A stretch of DNA of 64,000 nt. Origin: an uncultured Ruficoccus sp. Its GTDB lineage: Bacteria > Verrucomicrobiota > Verrucomicrobiia > Opitutales > Cerasicoccaceae. This document shows positions 10,292-20,686 of the stretch, one piece after another. Where the stretch lies: positions 3,591 through 67,590 of the forward strand of contig OZ223473.1 in the NCBI GenBank assembly GCA_965140785.1, given 5' to 3'. The position numbers were made by a program, and so were the translations under genes. Numbering within the stretch: position 1 is the first letter of the stretch; each line of letters opens with the position of its first letter. The notes beneath the pieces are model-generated. The model saw nothing but the letters and a program-made list of their open reading frames with translations. It searched no databases and had not been told where the DNA came from.

Positions 10292-11140
10292 ATGAAACCC
10301 ATTCGCCAGCTTCTGCTCCTGGGGCCTGCCTTGACCGGCCTTCTTCTCCTGTCCGGCTGTCCTGCCGAGCCGGAATCCTCCACCTCAGACACCCACCCCG
10401 GCTCTTACCTGGACTACCGGATCATATCCCCCAGCCAGGGCGTTGTTCCGCTCGACCAGCTCAAGCTCGTCCCCGGAGAAGTGCTCACGCTCGAGTTTCC
10501 CAACCTGCCCCCCATGCTCAACGACCAAGTCTCCCAATGCGAAGTGAGCATCCCGGAAGACTACAGCCCGGACAAGCCCGTCCCGTTTTTCCTCTGGCTC
10601 AGCAGCCAGCGCGGTTCCAGCCATATCAGCCGGGCCGAGGGGATGGTCGATTTCAGCAAATTTGTCGTGGCCACGCTCCCCTTCCCAGAGGGCAACCGGC
10701 CCCTCTTGGCGGTCAAGGACAAGACCATCGACTCCTTCTGGGACTACCTGCGCCCCATGCTGGAGGCTATTCAGGAGGTGGTCCCCAACATCAGCGACGA
10801 GGTCCGGGTGGCCGCCGGCAGCGCCAACGGCGCCCATGTCATCGGTTCGGGCATCTATCTGGAATGGCCCGGTTTCGTGGACTACTTTACCGCCTACGTG
10901 CTGCACGCGGGCGGCTACGCGCCGGGAGAAACCTACACCGGCGCGCGGGGCAAGCCCATGCTCGTGATTTACGGCGAGCAGTCCGAGGCCCTGGCCTGGC
11001 AGGATAAATTCAATGAGCAAATCGAAAACTCCGGGGCGGAACTGACCTTCATAGCGATGCCCGAGGACGCCCATGCGCTCAGCCCCGCCGGGCGCGAACG
11101 CATCCGCGAGTGGACGGACGCATTGCTTACCGACGATTAA
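10292..11140 (+). CDS. Lipoprotein alpha/beta-hydrolase-fold protein (paralog 2, Ser to Ala at the elbow)
   Basis: Lipobox LSGC; shares PGExLTLEFPxLPPM, FWDYLxPM and YFTAY.LHxGGYAP with paralog 1; elbow reads G-S-A-N-G. Confidence 0.65.
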   Translation: MKPIRQLLLLGPALTGLLLLSGCPAEPESSTSDTHPGSYLDYRIISPSQGVVPLDQLKLVPGEVLTLEFPNLPPMLNDQVSQCEVSIPEDYSPDKPVPFFLWLSSQRGSSHISRAEGMVDFSKFVVATLPFPEGNRPLLAVKDKTIDSFWDYLRPMLEAIQEVVPNISDEVRVAAGSANGAHVIGSGIYLEWPGFVDYFTAYVLHAGGYAPGETYTGARGKPMLVIYGEQSEALAWQDKFNEQIENSGAELTFIAMPEDAHALSPAGRERIREWTDALLTDD

Positions 11141-11369
11141 CCCCGCCAAATTTGAGCCCGGGCAGATCCGTTTGCCTCGGGCGGAAATCGGAGATGGGAT
11201 GGGCGGAAAGGCATTTTCTACGGTTGCGAAAACGCCCGGGAATAATTTATATTCATTGCTTCTCTCACCGGGTTCGGCCTGTTTACGACTGTAAATTTTC
11301 TTTCCAAAAAAGAAACTTTGCGGTCGTTTGTTGGTCTTTTACCCCTATCGGATTCAAGCAATTAAAACC

Positions 11370-12359
11370 ATGACTGCGACACTCCCCGAAATGAACGAAA
11401 AGGTGAAGGCAGCAGCGGCCTGGGTGCCGGCACTTCGCCAGGAAATCAGCAAAGTCATCATCGGTCAGGATTACCTGGTCGAGCGTCTCCTGGTCGGGCT
11501 TTTAGCCAATGGCCACGTCCTGCTCGAAGGCGTTCCCGGCCTGGCCAAGACCCTCTCGGTCCGCACACTGGCCAGCTGCATCGACGCGGAGTTCTCCCGC
11601 CTGCAGTTCACGCCCGACCTGCTCCCGGCGGACATCATCGGGACGTTGATTTACAACCCGCAGACCGCGGAGTTCTACACCCGCAAGGGCCCGGTCTTCG
11701 CCAACCTCGTGCTGGCCGACGAAATCAACCGTGCCCCGGCCAAGGTGCAGTCCGCCCTGCTGGAGGCCATGCAGGAGCGACAGGTCACTCTCGGCGACGA
11801 GACCTACACCCTGCCCTCGCCCTTTCTCGTGCTGGCCACGGAAAACCCGATCGATCAGGAGGGCACCTATCCGCTGCCCGAGGCGCAGGTGGACCGCTTC
11901 ATGCTCAAGCTGAAGATTGGCTACCCCACCCGCGAGGAGGAGCGCGCCATTCTCGAGCGTATGGCCTCGACCACCCCGAAGATGGAGGTCAACGCCGTCA
12001 TCCGCCCCAGCGACATCCTCGCCGCCCGCGAGGTGGTGGACGGCATCTACGTGGACGACAAGGTCAAGGACTACATCGTCGATATCGTTTTCGCCACCCG
12101 CAAGCCCAGCCAGCACGGGCTCCAGATGGACCATTTTGTGCAGTTCGGGGGCAGTCCCCGCGCCACCATTGCCCTGACCCTCGCGGCCAAGGCCTGGGCC
12201 TTCCTGCAAGGACGCGGCTACATCACCCCGCAGGACGTCAAGACCATCGGTATGGATGTGCTGCGCCACCGCGTCATCCCGACCTACGAGGCCGAGGCCG
12301 AGGATATGACCAGCGAGGACATTGTCGCGAAAATCTTCGAGACCGTCCCCGTTCCGTAA
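11370..12359 (+). CDS. moxR: MoxR-family AAA+ ATPase
   Basis: GVPGLAKT, QFTPDLLPADI, LADEINRAPAKVQSALLEAMQE, ATENPIDQEGTYPLPEAQVDRF. Confidence 0.95.
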   Translation: MTATLPEMNEKVKAAAAWVPALRQEISKVIIGQDYLVERLLVGLLANGHVLLEGVPGLAKTLSVRTLASCIDAEFSRLQFTPDLLPADIIGTLIYNPQTAEFYTRKGPVFANLVLADEINRAPAKVQSALLEAMQERQVTLGDETYTLPSPFLVLATENPIDQEGTYPLPEAQVDRFMLKLKIGYPTREEERAILERMASTTPKMEVNAVIRPSDILAAREVVDGIYVDDKVKDYIVDIVFATRKPSQHGLQMDHFVQFGGSPRATIALTLAAKAWAFLQGRGYITPQDVKTIGMDVLRHRVIPTYEAEAEDMTSEDIVAKIFETVPVP

Positions 12360-12434
12360 ACCCATTCCTGGCTTGATCATGAGGCGCTGAACGCAGACCC
12401 GCGGCCCGGCTCCGACACCTATTATTGATCACCC

Positions 12435-13364
12435 ATGCAGTCCTCAGACAGAACCCGCGAAATCCTCAAAAAAGTCCGGCAGGTGGAGATCCGCACCAAC
12501 CGGCTCGTGACCGACGCGCTCGCCGGGGCTTACCACAGTATCTTTAAGGGCCAGGGCATGGACTTCGAGGAGGTCCGCGAGTACACCCCCGGCGATGATG
12601 TCCGCTCCATCGACTGGAACGTCACGGCGAAAATGGACCGCCCTTTCATCAAGAAATTCCGCGAAGAGCGCGAGTTGACCATCATGCTTCTGGTCGATCT
12701 GTCCGCCTCCGGCTCCTTCGGCTCAACCGAAGAGTCCAAGCGCGAACGCGCCGCCGAGATCGCCAGCGTGCTCGCCTTTTCTGCCGTGCGCAACAACGAC
12801 AAGGTCGGGCTCATCCTTTTCACCGACCAGGTCGAGGCCGTTATTTTACCGAAAAAAGGCCGCCAGCACGTCCTGCGTGTCATCCGCGAGATCCTTTACT
12901 TCGAGCCGCAGCATACCGGCACCGACATCGTCAACGCGCTCGATACCATGAACCGCATGCTCAAGCGCCGCGCGGTCGCCTTTCTGGTGACGGACTTCCT
13001 GCAAGGACCCAACGGCAGCCTGCCCGAGCCCGAAAATCGGCACGGCGACGCGGTCTTTCGTACCCTAACCCTGACCAACAAACGCCACGACCTCACCGCC
13101 ATCGTCATAGCCGATCCGCGTGAGGCCGAACTGCCGGATATCGGAATCGTCACCCTGGAGGACGCCGAGACCGGCCAGGTCGTCGAGGTGGACACCTCCA
13201 GCCGCCAGTTGCGCGGGCTGTACAAAAAAGAGAACGAGCGCCGCCTGGACCAGCTCTGGCGCGGGCTACGTCAGTCCGGCGTGGGCGTGATCCCCGTCAG
13301 CACGACCGAGCCGTACATCACCCGGCTGCGCCAGTATTTCTCCAACCGGAGCAAGCGCCGATGA
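12435..13364 (+). CDS. DUF58 domain protein
   Basis: GMDFEEVREYTPGDDVRSIDWNVTA signature; directly follows moxR. Confidence 0.92.
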   Translation: MQSSDRTREILKKVRQVEIRTNRLVTDALAGAYHSIFKGQGMDFEEVREYTPGDDVRSIDWNVTAKMDRPFIKKFREERELTIMLLVDLSASGSFGSTEESKRERAAEIASVLAFSAVRNNDKVGLILFTDQVEAVILPKKGRQHVLRVIREILYFEPQHTGTDIVNALDTMNRMLKRRAVAFLVTDFLQGPNGSLPEPENRHGDAVFRTLTLTNKRHDLTAIVIADPREAELPDIGIVTLEDAETGQVVEVDTSSRQLRGLYKKENERRLDQLWRGLRQSGVGVIPVSTTEPYITRLRQYFSNRSKRR

Positions 13365-14095
13365 GCTTTTCGTTTTCACGTATCCAGTTTTTAATGACAG
13401 GCTCGCTGCTTGCCGCCGCGCCCCTCGCCCTGCATGCACAGGAAGAAGACGACATTATGGACATCCGTGGCCTGGCCGGGGACACCTTCTGGGAGGCGAA
13501 CTGGCCCTGGCTCGTCCCGGCGATTGTCGTTGGCGCGATTGTAGTTATTTTCCTGATACGCCTGATTATTAAGCGTCTCCAGCGCCCGCGCCCGCTGACG
13601 CCGCGCGAGCTCGCCCTCAAACAACTCGACGAGGCCCGCGGCGTCCTCGATGACGGCCAGCCCGAGGCCGACAAGCGCTTCTCTTTCGCCGTCTCGGACG
13701 CCCTGCGCGGCTACCTGGAGCGGGCCCTGAGCCTGCGCGCCCCCGAACAGACCACGGAGGAGTTTCTCGCCACCGCTCGCCACAGCCCGCGCCTCACCCC
13801 CTCGGCGGTGAGCGTATTGGGCGAATTCCTGCAACTGTGCGACCTGGCCAAGTTCGCCCGCCACGCCTTTGGACCGGACGAGCGTGAGCGCTTGCTCGCC
13901 ACCGCTACCGACTTTATCGAAAAAACCGACCTGAGCGAGGAAACCGGCAGCACCGCCGGTCTCGCCGAAGTAGAACGCGACGAGGTCGAGGGCGACATGC
14001 GCAAGCTCATCGCCCCCGCCTCCAAGCCCCAAATAGCCTCGACGGCCCATGCCGCCGCCCCGCCGGAGATCCCGACGACTCCGCCCAAGCGATGA
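13361..14095 (+). CDS. DUF4381-like Bat-operon membrane protein
   Basis: DIMDIRG, a single TM, LRAPEQTTEEFL; position in the operon. Confidence 0.75.
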   Translation: MSFSFSRIQFLMTGSLLAAAPLALHAQEEDDIMDIRGLAGDTFWEANWPWLVPAIVVGAIVVIFLIRLIIKRLQRPRPLTPRELALKQLDEARGVLDDGQPEADKRFSFAVSDALRGYLERALSLRAPEQTTEEFLATARHSPRLTPSAVSVLGEFLQLCDLAKFARHAFGPDERERLLATATDFIEKTDLSEETGSTAGLAEVERDEVEGDMRKLIAPASKPQIASTAHAAAPPEIPTTPPKR

Positions 14096-15126
14096 CCACG
14101 TCCCTCCAGTTTCATAACCCGGAACTGCTCTGGCTGCTGCTCGCGCTGCCGGTGCTGATCCTGTTGCGCGGGCGAGCCGGGCGCAACGCCGCCATGGTCT
14201 TCTCCAGCGTGGCGCTGGCGAAGAAGATCAGCGGGCGCACCCGCACCCGCGCCGGAGCGTGGATGTTCTTTTTGCGCCTGCTGGCGCTGGCCGCCCTGAT
14301 TGTGGCGCTGGCCCGCCCACAGTTGGGCAAGGGCCACTCGGAAATCGAGTCGAGCGGGATCGACATCATTCTGGCGGTGGACGTCTCCGGCTCGATGCGC
14401 GCACTGGACTTCGCCACGAAGGACGACCTGACCAACCGCCTCGACATCGTCAAGCGCACCATCGCACACTTCATCGAGCAGCGCCCGAACGACCGCATCG
14501 GCATGATCGCCTTCGCCAAGGAACCCTTTCTGGTCAGCCCGCTGACCCTGAACCACGACTGGTTGCTCAAGCTGGTGGACAACCTCAAGATCGGGCGTAT
14601 CGACGAATCCGCTACAGCCATCGGCCCCGCTATCGGCATGGCCAGCAACCGCCTGCGCGACCTCCCGGCCAAGAGCCGCGTGGTCATTCTGCTGACCGAC
14701 GGCGAGGACACGGTCAACCAGATCCCGCCCGTTGCCGCCGCCGAAGCCGCCAAGGCCTTCGGTATAAAATTCTACACCATCGCCGCCGGCTCGGTGGGGA
14801 ATGTCCCCATGCCCCGGCTCAATCAGAATGGCGACTATTTGCGCGACCGCAGCGGACGCATCGTTTACGACCTCATGCCCAGCCGCGTGGACGAGGCCAT
14901 GCTCCAGGAGGTGGCCGATGTCACCGGCGGCAAGTTCTACCACGCCACCAACCGCGAGGAACTGGCGAAAATTTACGACGAGATCGACCAACTCGAAAAA
15001 ACCAAGGTCAAGCTCAAGCACTACGCCACCTACGAGGAACTGTTTATCTGGCCGACCTTCCTCGCCCTGGGGCTGATCGGACTTGAGCAACTGCTGGCCA
15101 ACACCCGTTTCAAACGCATCCCGTGA
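14092..15126 (+). CDS. batA: BatA, VWA-domain protein
   Basis: N-terminal FxxPxxLWLL, MIDAS DVSGS, LLTDGE, C-terminal TM. Confidence 0.88.
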   Translation: MTTSLQFHNPELLWLLLALPVLILLRGRAGRNAAMVFSSVALAKKISGRTRTRAGAWMFFLRLLALAALIVALARPQLGKGHSEIESSGIDIILAVDVSGSMRALDFATKDDLTNRLDIVKRTIAHFIEQRPNDRIGMIAFAKEPFLVSPLTLNHDWLLKLVDNLKIGRIDESATAIGPAIGMASNRLRDLPAKSRVVILLTDGEDTVNQIPPVAAAEAAKAFGIKFYTIAAGSVGNVPMPRLNQNGDYLRDRSGRIVYDLMPSRVDEAMLQEVADVTGGKFYHATNREELAKIYDEIDQLEKTKVKLKHYATYEELFIWPTFLALGLIGLEQLLANTRFKRIP

Positions 15127-17945
15127 CCTTCCTCTCTCCAGTCTGGCTTTACGTCATCCCCGCCGCCCTTTTGCTGCTGGGCTTCGTTTTCCATTTGGCC
15201 GCACGCGCCCGCCGAAAGCAGTTGGCCAAGTTCGCCGCCGACCGGTTGCTGGCCGGGCTCCTGCGCTCGTTCAGCCCCGCCCGCCGCCGCTTCAAGAACC
15301 TGCTGATCGCGGTTGGCGTAGGGCTCGTGCTGCTGGCGCTGGCCCGTCCGCAGTTCGGCTACACCTGGCGCGAGACGACCGCCCGCGGCATCGACGTGCT
15401 CTTCGTGCTCGACTCCTCCAAGAGCATGCTTGCCCAGGACATTCGCCCCAACCGACTGGAGCGGGCCAAGCTGGCCATCCTCGACTTTGTGGAAAAAATC
15501 CCCGGCGACCGCGTCGGGTTGGTCGCTTTCGCCGGTAACGCCTTCCTCCAGTGCCCCCTGACACTCGACTACGACGCCTTCGCCATGTCGCTGGAGGCGG
15601 TGGACACCACGGTCATTTCCCACGGGGGCACGGACATCGCCCGCGCCCTGATCGAGGCCGAGCAAGCCTTTAGCGAGACCAACAACCACAAGGTCGTCGT
15701 GCTCATCACCGACGGCGAAGACCTTGAGGAGAGCGGACTGGAGCAGGCGCGCATGCTGGCCCAGCGGGGCATGACGATTTACACCGTCGGCGTCGGCACG
15801 ACCGAGGGCGAGCTCATTCCGGTCGAGTCTGGCCGGGGGCAGGTCGAGTACTTGCGCGACAGCGACGGCCAGCCCGTTACCACCCGCCTCGACGAGGAAA
15901 CTTTGAAGAATATCGCCGAGGCAACGGGCGGATTTTACGTCCCCCTTGGCGTCGCCGGTTATGGGCTGGAGCAGGTTTACGAGGCGGGCCTGAAGTCGAT
16001 CCCCGATCAGGACCTGGGCAGCCAGCGCCAGAAGATCGGACTCGAGCGCTTTCAGTGGCCGCTGGGGCTGGCGATTTTCCTGCTGGCCTGGGAGCCGCTG
16101 GTGGGCACGCGCCGCTTCTTTCTGCGTCGTCGTGCCAAGCAATCAACCGGAACCGGCCAAGCCGCCGCCGCGCTGGGGCTGCTGTTGACGGCGGGGTTGG
16201 TGTTGTTGCCCTCCCCTGTACAGGCGCAGGCAGGTGCACCGGGTGCACAGAGCCCATCCTCGGCCCAACTGGCAGCTCCGGCACAGGGCACCAACGATTC
16301 CGCTTCGGAGTCTGGGCAGGACGAGGCCTCTTCGCCGGAAGTGAACAACCTCCCTCCCCCGCCGGATGCGAATCCGGCCAAGCTGTATCGGTCTGGCAAC
16401 TACGCGGCGGCAGCTCAGGTTTACGCCAAGGCGTTGGAGAACAACCCCGCCGACGCCGAGTCGAGCTATAACCTGGGCAACAGTCTGTATTCACAGGGTG
16501 AATACGCCGCCGCCCGCCAGGCTTACGAGCAGGCTCTCGGGGCGCTCGACCTGGAGCTGCAGGCGGATGCTTTCTATAATATGGGCAACGCCAGCTACCA
16601 GCTCGGCAAGGCCGCGCTGGCCGACTTGCCACCCGCGCAGGAGGTTCAGCAGGGTAATGAGGCCGCCTTTGCCCAGACCCAACAGGCCCTCGACACTGGC
16701 AACAACATCCTCAAACGCGCAGAGAGCAACCGCGTCCCCGCCTCACTGCGCAACGAGCAGACCCGGCAAGAAATGGTCCCGCAGCAGGAAATCCAACAGG
16801 CGATCCAGCAGGCCGAGCAAGCCAAGCAGGCCACTGCGGAGGCCCAGGAACAGAGCGAGGCGAGCGCCACGGCCGGAGACAGCAGCACGACTTTCTGGCA
16901 GCAGGCCCTGGACGAGTATAAAAGCTCGCTTGAGCTTGACCCCGAGAGCACGGACGCCGCGCACAACGAGCAGGTCGCCCAGCGCAAGCTCGCCCAGCAG
17001 CAGAACCGCAACGCAGATTTTTCCGAGGCGGCCCAGCGGCACGCCGAAAATACCGAGGTGCTCGACATGCTGATTGATGAGCTGAAAAAGCTGCTCGAAG
17101 ACCAACAGAACCAGAACGATCAGAACCAGCAGAATCAGGATCAACAAAACCAGGACCAGCAACAGAACGACCAGAACCAGTCGCAGGATCAGCAACAACA
17201 GAATCAGAACCAGCAGCAGCAAAACCAACAGAATAATCAGCAGTCCAACTCCGACTCCAGCCAGCAACAGAATCAGGAGCAGTCGCAGCAGAACCAGCAA
17301 AACAGCGGCCAGCAGGACCAGCAGAATTCCCAGAATCAAAACCAGGACCAACAATCCGGCCAGCAGGATCAACAGTCTGGGCAAGAGCAGCAGCCGAAAG
17401 ACAACTCCGCCGACCAGCAGGAACAATCAGACAAAGGCGAGCAGAAGCAACCTGATGAGCAGGATTCCCAGCAGCAGGACGAAAGCTCATCCGGCGAAGA
17501 CCAGTCCGAGCAAAAGCAGGACCAGGGTCAGGAAGATAAAGGAGAGGAGAACCAGGGCGAGCAGCCGGGTCAGGAACAGCAACAACCTCAACCCAACCAG
17601 TCCGGTCAGCAGGAGCAGTCCACCGAATCCCAACAGGATCAAGGCGGCCCCGGCGACCAGGGTTTAAACGAAGAACAGTTGAAGGAACTATCCGAGCAGA
17701 TGGCCCGCGAACAGGCCACCCAGGCCGAGCAGGCAGGCGACGAAAAAGCTTCCGCAGCCGCAGCAGCAGCGGCGGAAGAAGCCGCCGGCGAGGAAAAAGA
17801 CGTGCGCCGGGTACCCGGCGTGATGACCCGCGAGGAGGCCCGCCGCCTGCTGGACGCTTTGAAAAAGGACGACAAAAAACTCCCCTCTCTCTACGTGCCG
17901 CGCCAATATAACGTGGACGACGAGGGCAAACGCAAGGATTGGTAA
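15123..17945 (+). CDS. BatB-like VWA domain fused to BatC-like TPR and Gln-rich region
   Basis: VWA (LDSSKSM, AFAGNAFLQCPLTLDY, LITDGED), TPR (YNLGNSLY), long Q/N/D/E tract, C-terminal EARRLLDAL...KDW. Confidence 0.85.
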   Translation: MTFLSPVWLYVIPAALLLLGFVFHLAARARRKQLAKFAADRLLAGLLRSFSPARRRFKNLLIAVGVGLVLLALARPQFGYTWRETTARGIDVLFVLDSSKSMLAQDIRPNRLERAKLAILDFVEKIPGDRVGLVAFAGNAFLQCPLTLDYDAFAMSLEAVDTTVISHGGTDIARALIEAEQAFSETNNHKVVVLITDGEDLEESGLEQARMLAQRGMTIYTVGVGTTEGELIPVESGRGQVEYLRDSDGQPVTTRLDEETLKNIAEATGGFYVPLGVAGYGLEQVYEAGLKSIPDQDLGSQRQKIGLERFQWPLGLAIFLLAWEPLVGTRRFFLRRRAKQSTGTGQAAAALGLLLTAGLVLLPSPVQAQAGAPGAQSPSSAQLAAPAQGTNDSASESGQDEASSPEVNNLPPPPDANPAKLYRSGNYAAAAQVYAKALENNPADAESSYNLGNSLYSQGEYAAARQAYEQALGALDLELQADAFYNMGNASYQLGKAALADLPPAQEVQQGNEAAFAQTQQALDTGNNILKRAESNRVPASLRNEQTRQEMVPQQEIQQAIQQAEQAKQATAEAQEQSEASATAGDSSTTFWQQALDEYKSSLELDPESTDAAHNEQVAQRKLAQQQNRNADFSEAAQRHAENTEVLDMLIDELKKLLEDQQNQNDQNQQNQDQQNQDQQQNDQNQSQDQQQQNQNQQQQNQQNNQQSNSDSSQQQNQEQSQQNQQNSGQQDQQNSQNQNQDQQSGQQDQQSGQEQQPKDNSADQQEQSDKGEQKQPDEQDSQQQDESSSGEDQSEQKQDQGQEDKGEENQGEQPGQEQQQPQPNQSGQQEQSTESQQDQGGPGDQGLNEEQLKELSEQMAREQATQAEQAGDEKASAAAAAAAEEAAGEEKDVRRVPGVMTREEARRLLDALKKDDKKLPSLYVPRQYNVDDEGKRKDW

Positions 17946-17954
17946 GAGAAGACC

Positions 17955-19778
17955 ATGCGCACACTGACAGCCATATTTGTTGGAATCCTCTTCGCCGGCA
18001 CCCTGACCGCGCAGGAGGTCCGCGTCGAAAGTTCGTTTCAGCCCTCGATCATGCACGCGGGTGAGACTGGCGTGTATCGCTTTACCGTGAGCAAGCAGGA
18101 AAGTGGGCGCCATGTGATGGCCTTCCGCGGCTTCGATATCGACTTCAGCGCGATCAAGAGCGTGCCGGGCCTGCAGATGTCCTACCTCGGGCCCAGCCAG
18201 AATGTCAGCATCATCAACTCCCAGACCATGGTCAGCGTCTCGCACCAGTTTCGTGTGAGCGCAACCAAAGAGGGCGAGTATACCCTGCCCGCCTTCCCTA
18301 TCACCATCGATGGCAAGAGCTACACCGTGCCCGAAGCCACGCTCAAGGTGCTGGCCGGCTCACCGGCGGCCAATGTCCAGGCCGGGCAGGCCCTTCAGAT
18401 GGAGATGATCCTGCCGCGGGACAAGATCTTTGTCGGAGAATCCCTGCCCGTCCAAATCCGGCTCTATATCCAACGGGACATCCAAGTAGCCCACTTGGGG
18501 AGCGAAGTCCCGATCAAGATCGGCGATGCCTTCGCGGTGAGCGATTTTTCCGATCCGGTGCAGCGTCAGACCGAGCGCAACGGCGAAATCTACCTGGAGG
18601 TCATGTGGCAGGCCGTGGTCACGCCCTACAAGGCCGGGAGCTACCCGCTCGTTTTTCAGGAAGATGCCTACGCCTACGCGCCCGAGCCCTCCCGCCGGAG
18701 CCGTACCGGCGATCCGTTCTTCGACCGTTTCTTCAGCCGCATGGGCCAGAATAACCTGCAAAAGATTTCGCTCTACACCCAGCAGGACGACCTGACGGTG
18801 CTGGACCTGCCGCAGGAGGGCCGACCGGAGAACTTCAGCGGGGCGATCGGCCTTTTCCGCACCGGCGGTCGCCCGGAGGTCGATCCGGCCAAGGCGCAGG
18901 TGGGCGAGCCGATGACGCTGAGCTTCAGCATTGAGGGATCGGGTAACTTTGACCGCTTCGAGGCTCCCGACCCGGAGGATTCCACCGGGTGGCGCACCTA
19001 CACGCCGGAGGAGGATTTCGCTCCGACGGACCGCTACCGCTACCAGGGCCGGATGACCTACAACTACGTCATCATCCCGCGTGACGAATCCGTGACCGAG
19101 ACGCCCCGGATCGCCTTCAACTATTTCAATCCTGACACGGAGAAATACGTCGAGCTCACCGTGCCCGCCCTGCCGGTCACGATCACCGCTCCACCCCCCG
19201 GCCAGCGTCCGAACATCCCGGTGGTCGGCTCGCAGAAACCTTCCTCGCCTGCTCTGGCGCGCCAGCCCGAGCTGCTGCCGATCAAGACCACCGTGACCGC
19301 CTGGGGGCAATCCATGCGCCCGCTGTTGCTCTCGCCGTGGTTCCTGGGGGCGCAGGTCGTGCCGCTGGCCGCGCTGGTCGCGCTCGCCCTCACACGGCGT
19401 CGCCACAACCGCCTGCTGAACGATCCGCGCTATGCCCGGGAGGTCCGTGCCCGCAAGGCCTTAAAACCCCGGCTGGCTGCCGCCCACCGGGCTGCCTCCG
19501 CCGGGGACCACGCGGTCTTTTATGCCGAGGCCCAGCGCGTCATCCAGGGAGCAGTCGGTCGGCTCGTTGACCAGACCTCGGAGGCGCTTTCGGCGGACGA
19601 GATCGACCACGTGCTTGCTTCACGTAACGTCGCCCCGGCCACCCGCGAACAGGCGCAGGGCTTCCTCCATGCCGGTGACGGGCTCAAGTTCGGCGGCCTC
19701 CGACCTGCCGAGATTGATCTGCGCCAGGAGGTGGCCCGCCTGGAATCACTCAGCACCCAACTAATGAAACTCTCATGA
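17955..19778 (+). CDS. batD: BatD-family protein
   Basis: Signal peptide, repeated beta-sandwich segments, FSGAIG, FNYFNPDTEKY, C-terminal TM; operon position. Confidence 0.82.
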   Translation: MRTLTAIFVGILFAGTLTAQEVRVESSFQPSIMHAGETGVYRFTVSKQESGRHVMAFRGFDIDFSAIKSVPGLQMSYLGPSQNVSIINSQTMVSVSHQFRVSATKEGEYTLPAFPITIDGKSYTVPEATLKVLAGSPAANVQAGQALQMEMILPRDKIFVGESLPVQIRLYIQRDIQVAHLGSEVPIKIGDAFAVSDFSDPVQRQTERNGEIYLEVMWQAVVTPYKAGSYPLVFQEDAYAYAPEPSRRSRTGDPFFDRFFSRMGQNNLQKISLYTQQDDLTVLDLPQEGRPENFSGAIGLFRTGGRPEVDPAKAQVGEPMTLSFSIEGSGNFDRFEAPDPEDSTGWRTYTPEEDFAPTDRYRYQGRMTYNYVIIPRDESVTETPRIAFNYFNPDTEKYVELTVPALPVTITAPPPGQRPNIPVVGSQKPSSPALARQPELLPIKTTVTAWGQSMRPLLLSPWFLGAQVVPLAALVALALTRRRHNRLLNDPRYAREVRARKALKPRLAAAHRAASAGDHAVFYAEAQRVIQGAVGRLVDQTSEALSADEIDHVLASRNVAPATREQAQGFLHAGDGLKFGGLRPAEIDLRQEVARLESLSTQLMKLS

Positions 19779-20521
19779 AACGTGTCCTGCTGATCCTTTT
19801 TCTCCTTCTGCCCGCGTTCGGCCTGCGGGCCGCGGATACCGCTTCGCTCGACGAGCGCTTCGCCGCTGCCAACCAGGCCTACACCGACGGCCAGTACGGG
19901 CAGGCCATCACGGGCTACACCGCCCTGCTGGCGGAGAGCCCCTCCTCCTCCGTTTATTACAATCTCGGCAACGCGTATTTCCAAAGCGAGCAATACGGGC
20001 AGGCGATTTTGCAATACTCACGCTGCCTCGTGCTCAATCCCGAGAACGCCGACGCGCGGGCCAACCTCAAGCTCGCTCAGGACGCCGCCCAGGCCGATCC
20101 GCCCGAACGCACCTGGTATGAGAACTACGCCGAGGCCGCCCCGGTCAATGCCTGGACCTGGCTGGCGGTTGTCGGGTTCTGGGGCGCGGCATTTCTCATC
20201 GTGTTGCCACCGCTGTACGGATGGCGAAGCCCCTGGCGGGCGCTGCTGCTGGCGCTGGGCATCTGCGCACTCGGTGCGGGAGGTGTCGGCCTGACCGGCT
20301 ACCACTTTATGAGCAAGGAAGGAATCGTCCTGGCCGACGACGCTCCGCTCCAACTCGCTCCGACCTCGACCAGCCCGGCCAAGAGCTTCCTGCACGCCGG
20401 TCAGGCTGCCGACGTGAAACAGACCCACGGCGACTACGCCTATGTCGAGACGCCGACTGGTGAGCAGGGCTGGATCAGCGGAAAGGTTTTTGCCCCGATC
20501 TGGGATATGCGCCAGCCTTAG
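19775..20521 (+). CDS. batE: BatE-like TPR/SH3 protein
   Basis: FAAANQAY, YYNLGNAYF, ARANLKLA, two TMs, SH3-like GEQGWI. Confidence 0.8.
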   Translation: MKRVLLILFLLLPAFGLRAADTASLDERFAAANQAYTDGQYGQAITGYTALLAESPSSSVYYNLGNAYFQSEQYGQAILQYSRCLVLNPENADARANLKLAQDAAQADPPERTWYENYAEAAPVNAWTWLAVVGFWGAAFLIVLPPLYGWRSPWRALLLALGICALGAGGVGLTGYHFMSKEGIVLADDAPLQLAPTSTSPAKSFLHAGQAADVKQTHGDYAYVETPTGEQGWISGKVFAPIWDMRQP

Positions 20522-20686
20522 CCAAGCTTATTTGATAGATTACTAGGGTGTTTTGTTTAATCGGGCCAGTGACGATAGACTAGGCCTAATAGTAACTTTG
20601 CCTAATATTACATATGAAATTATTTAATTACCCTAAGGTGTACAGCCTTGCTCGTGGGGTAATCGCCGCGTTTTTATAGCGGCGCT

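Noticed and set aside
17100-17700. CAGAACCAG-type repeats as a CRISPR-like or tandem DNA array
   Set aside because: They are codons of a Gln/Asn-rich protein linker with no repeat-spacer periodicity.
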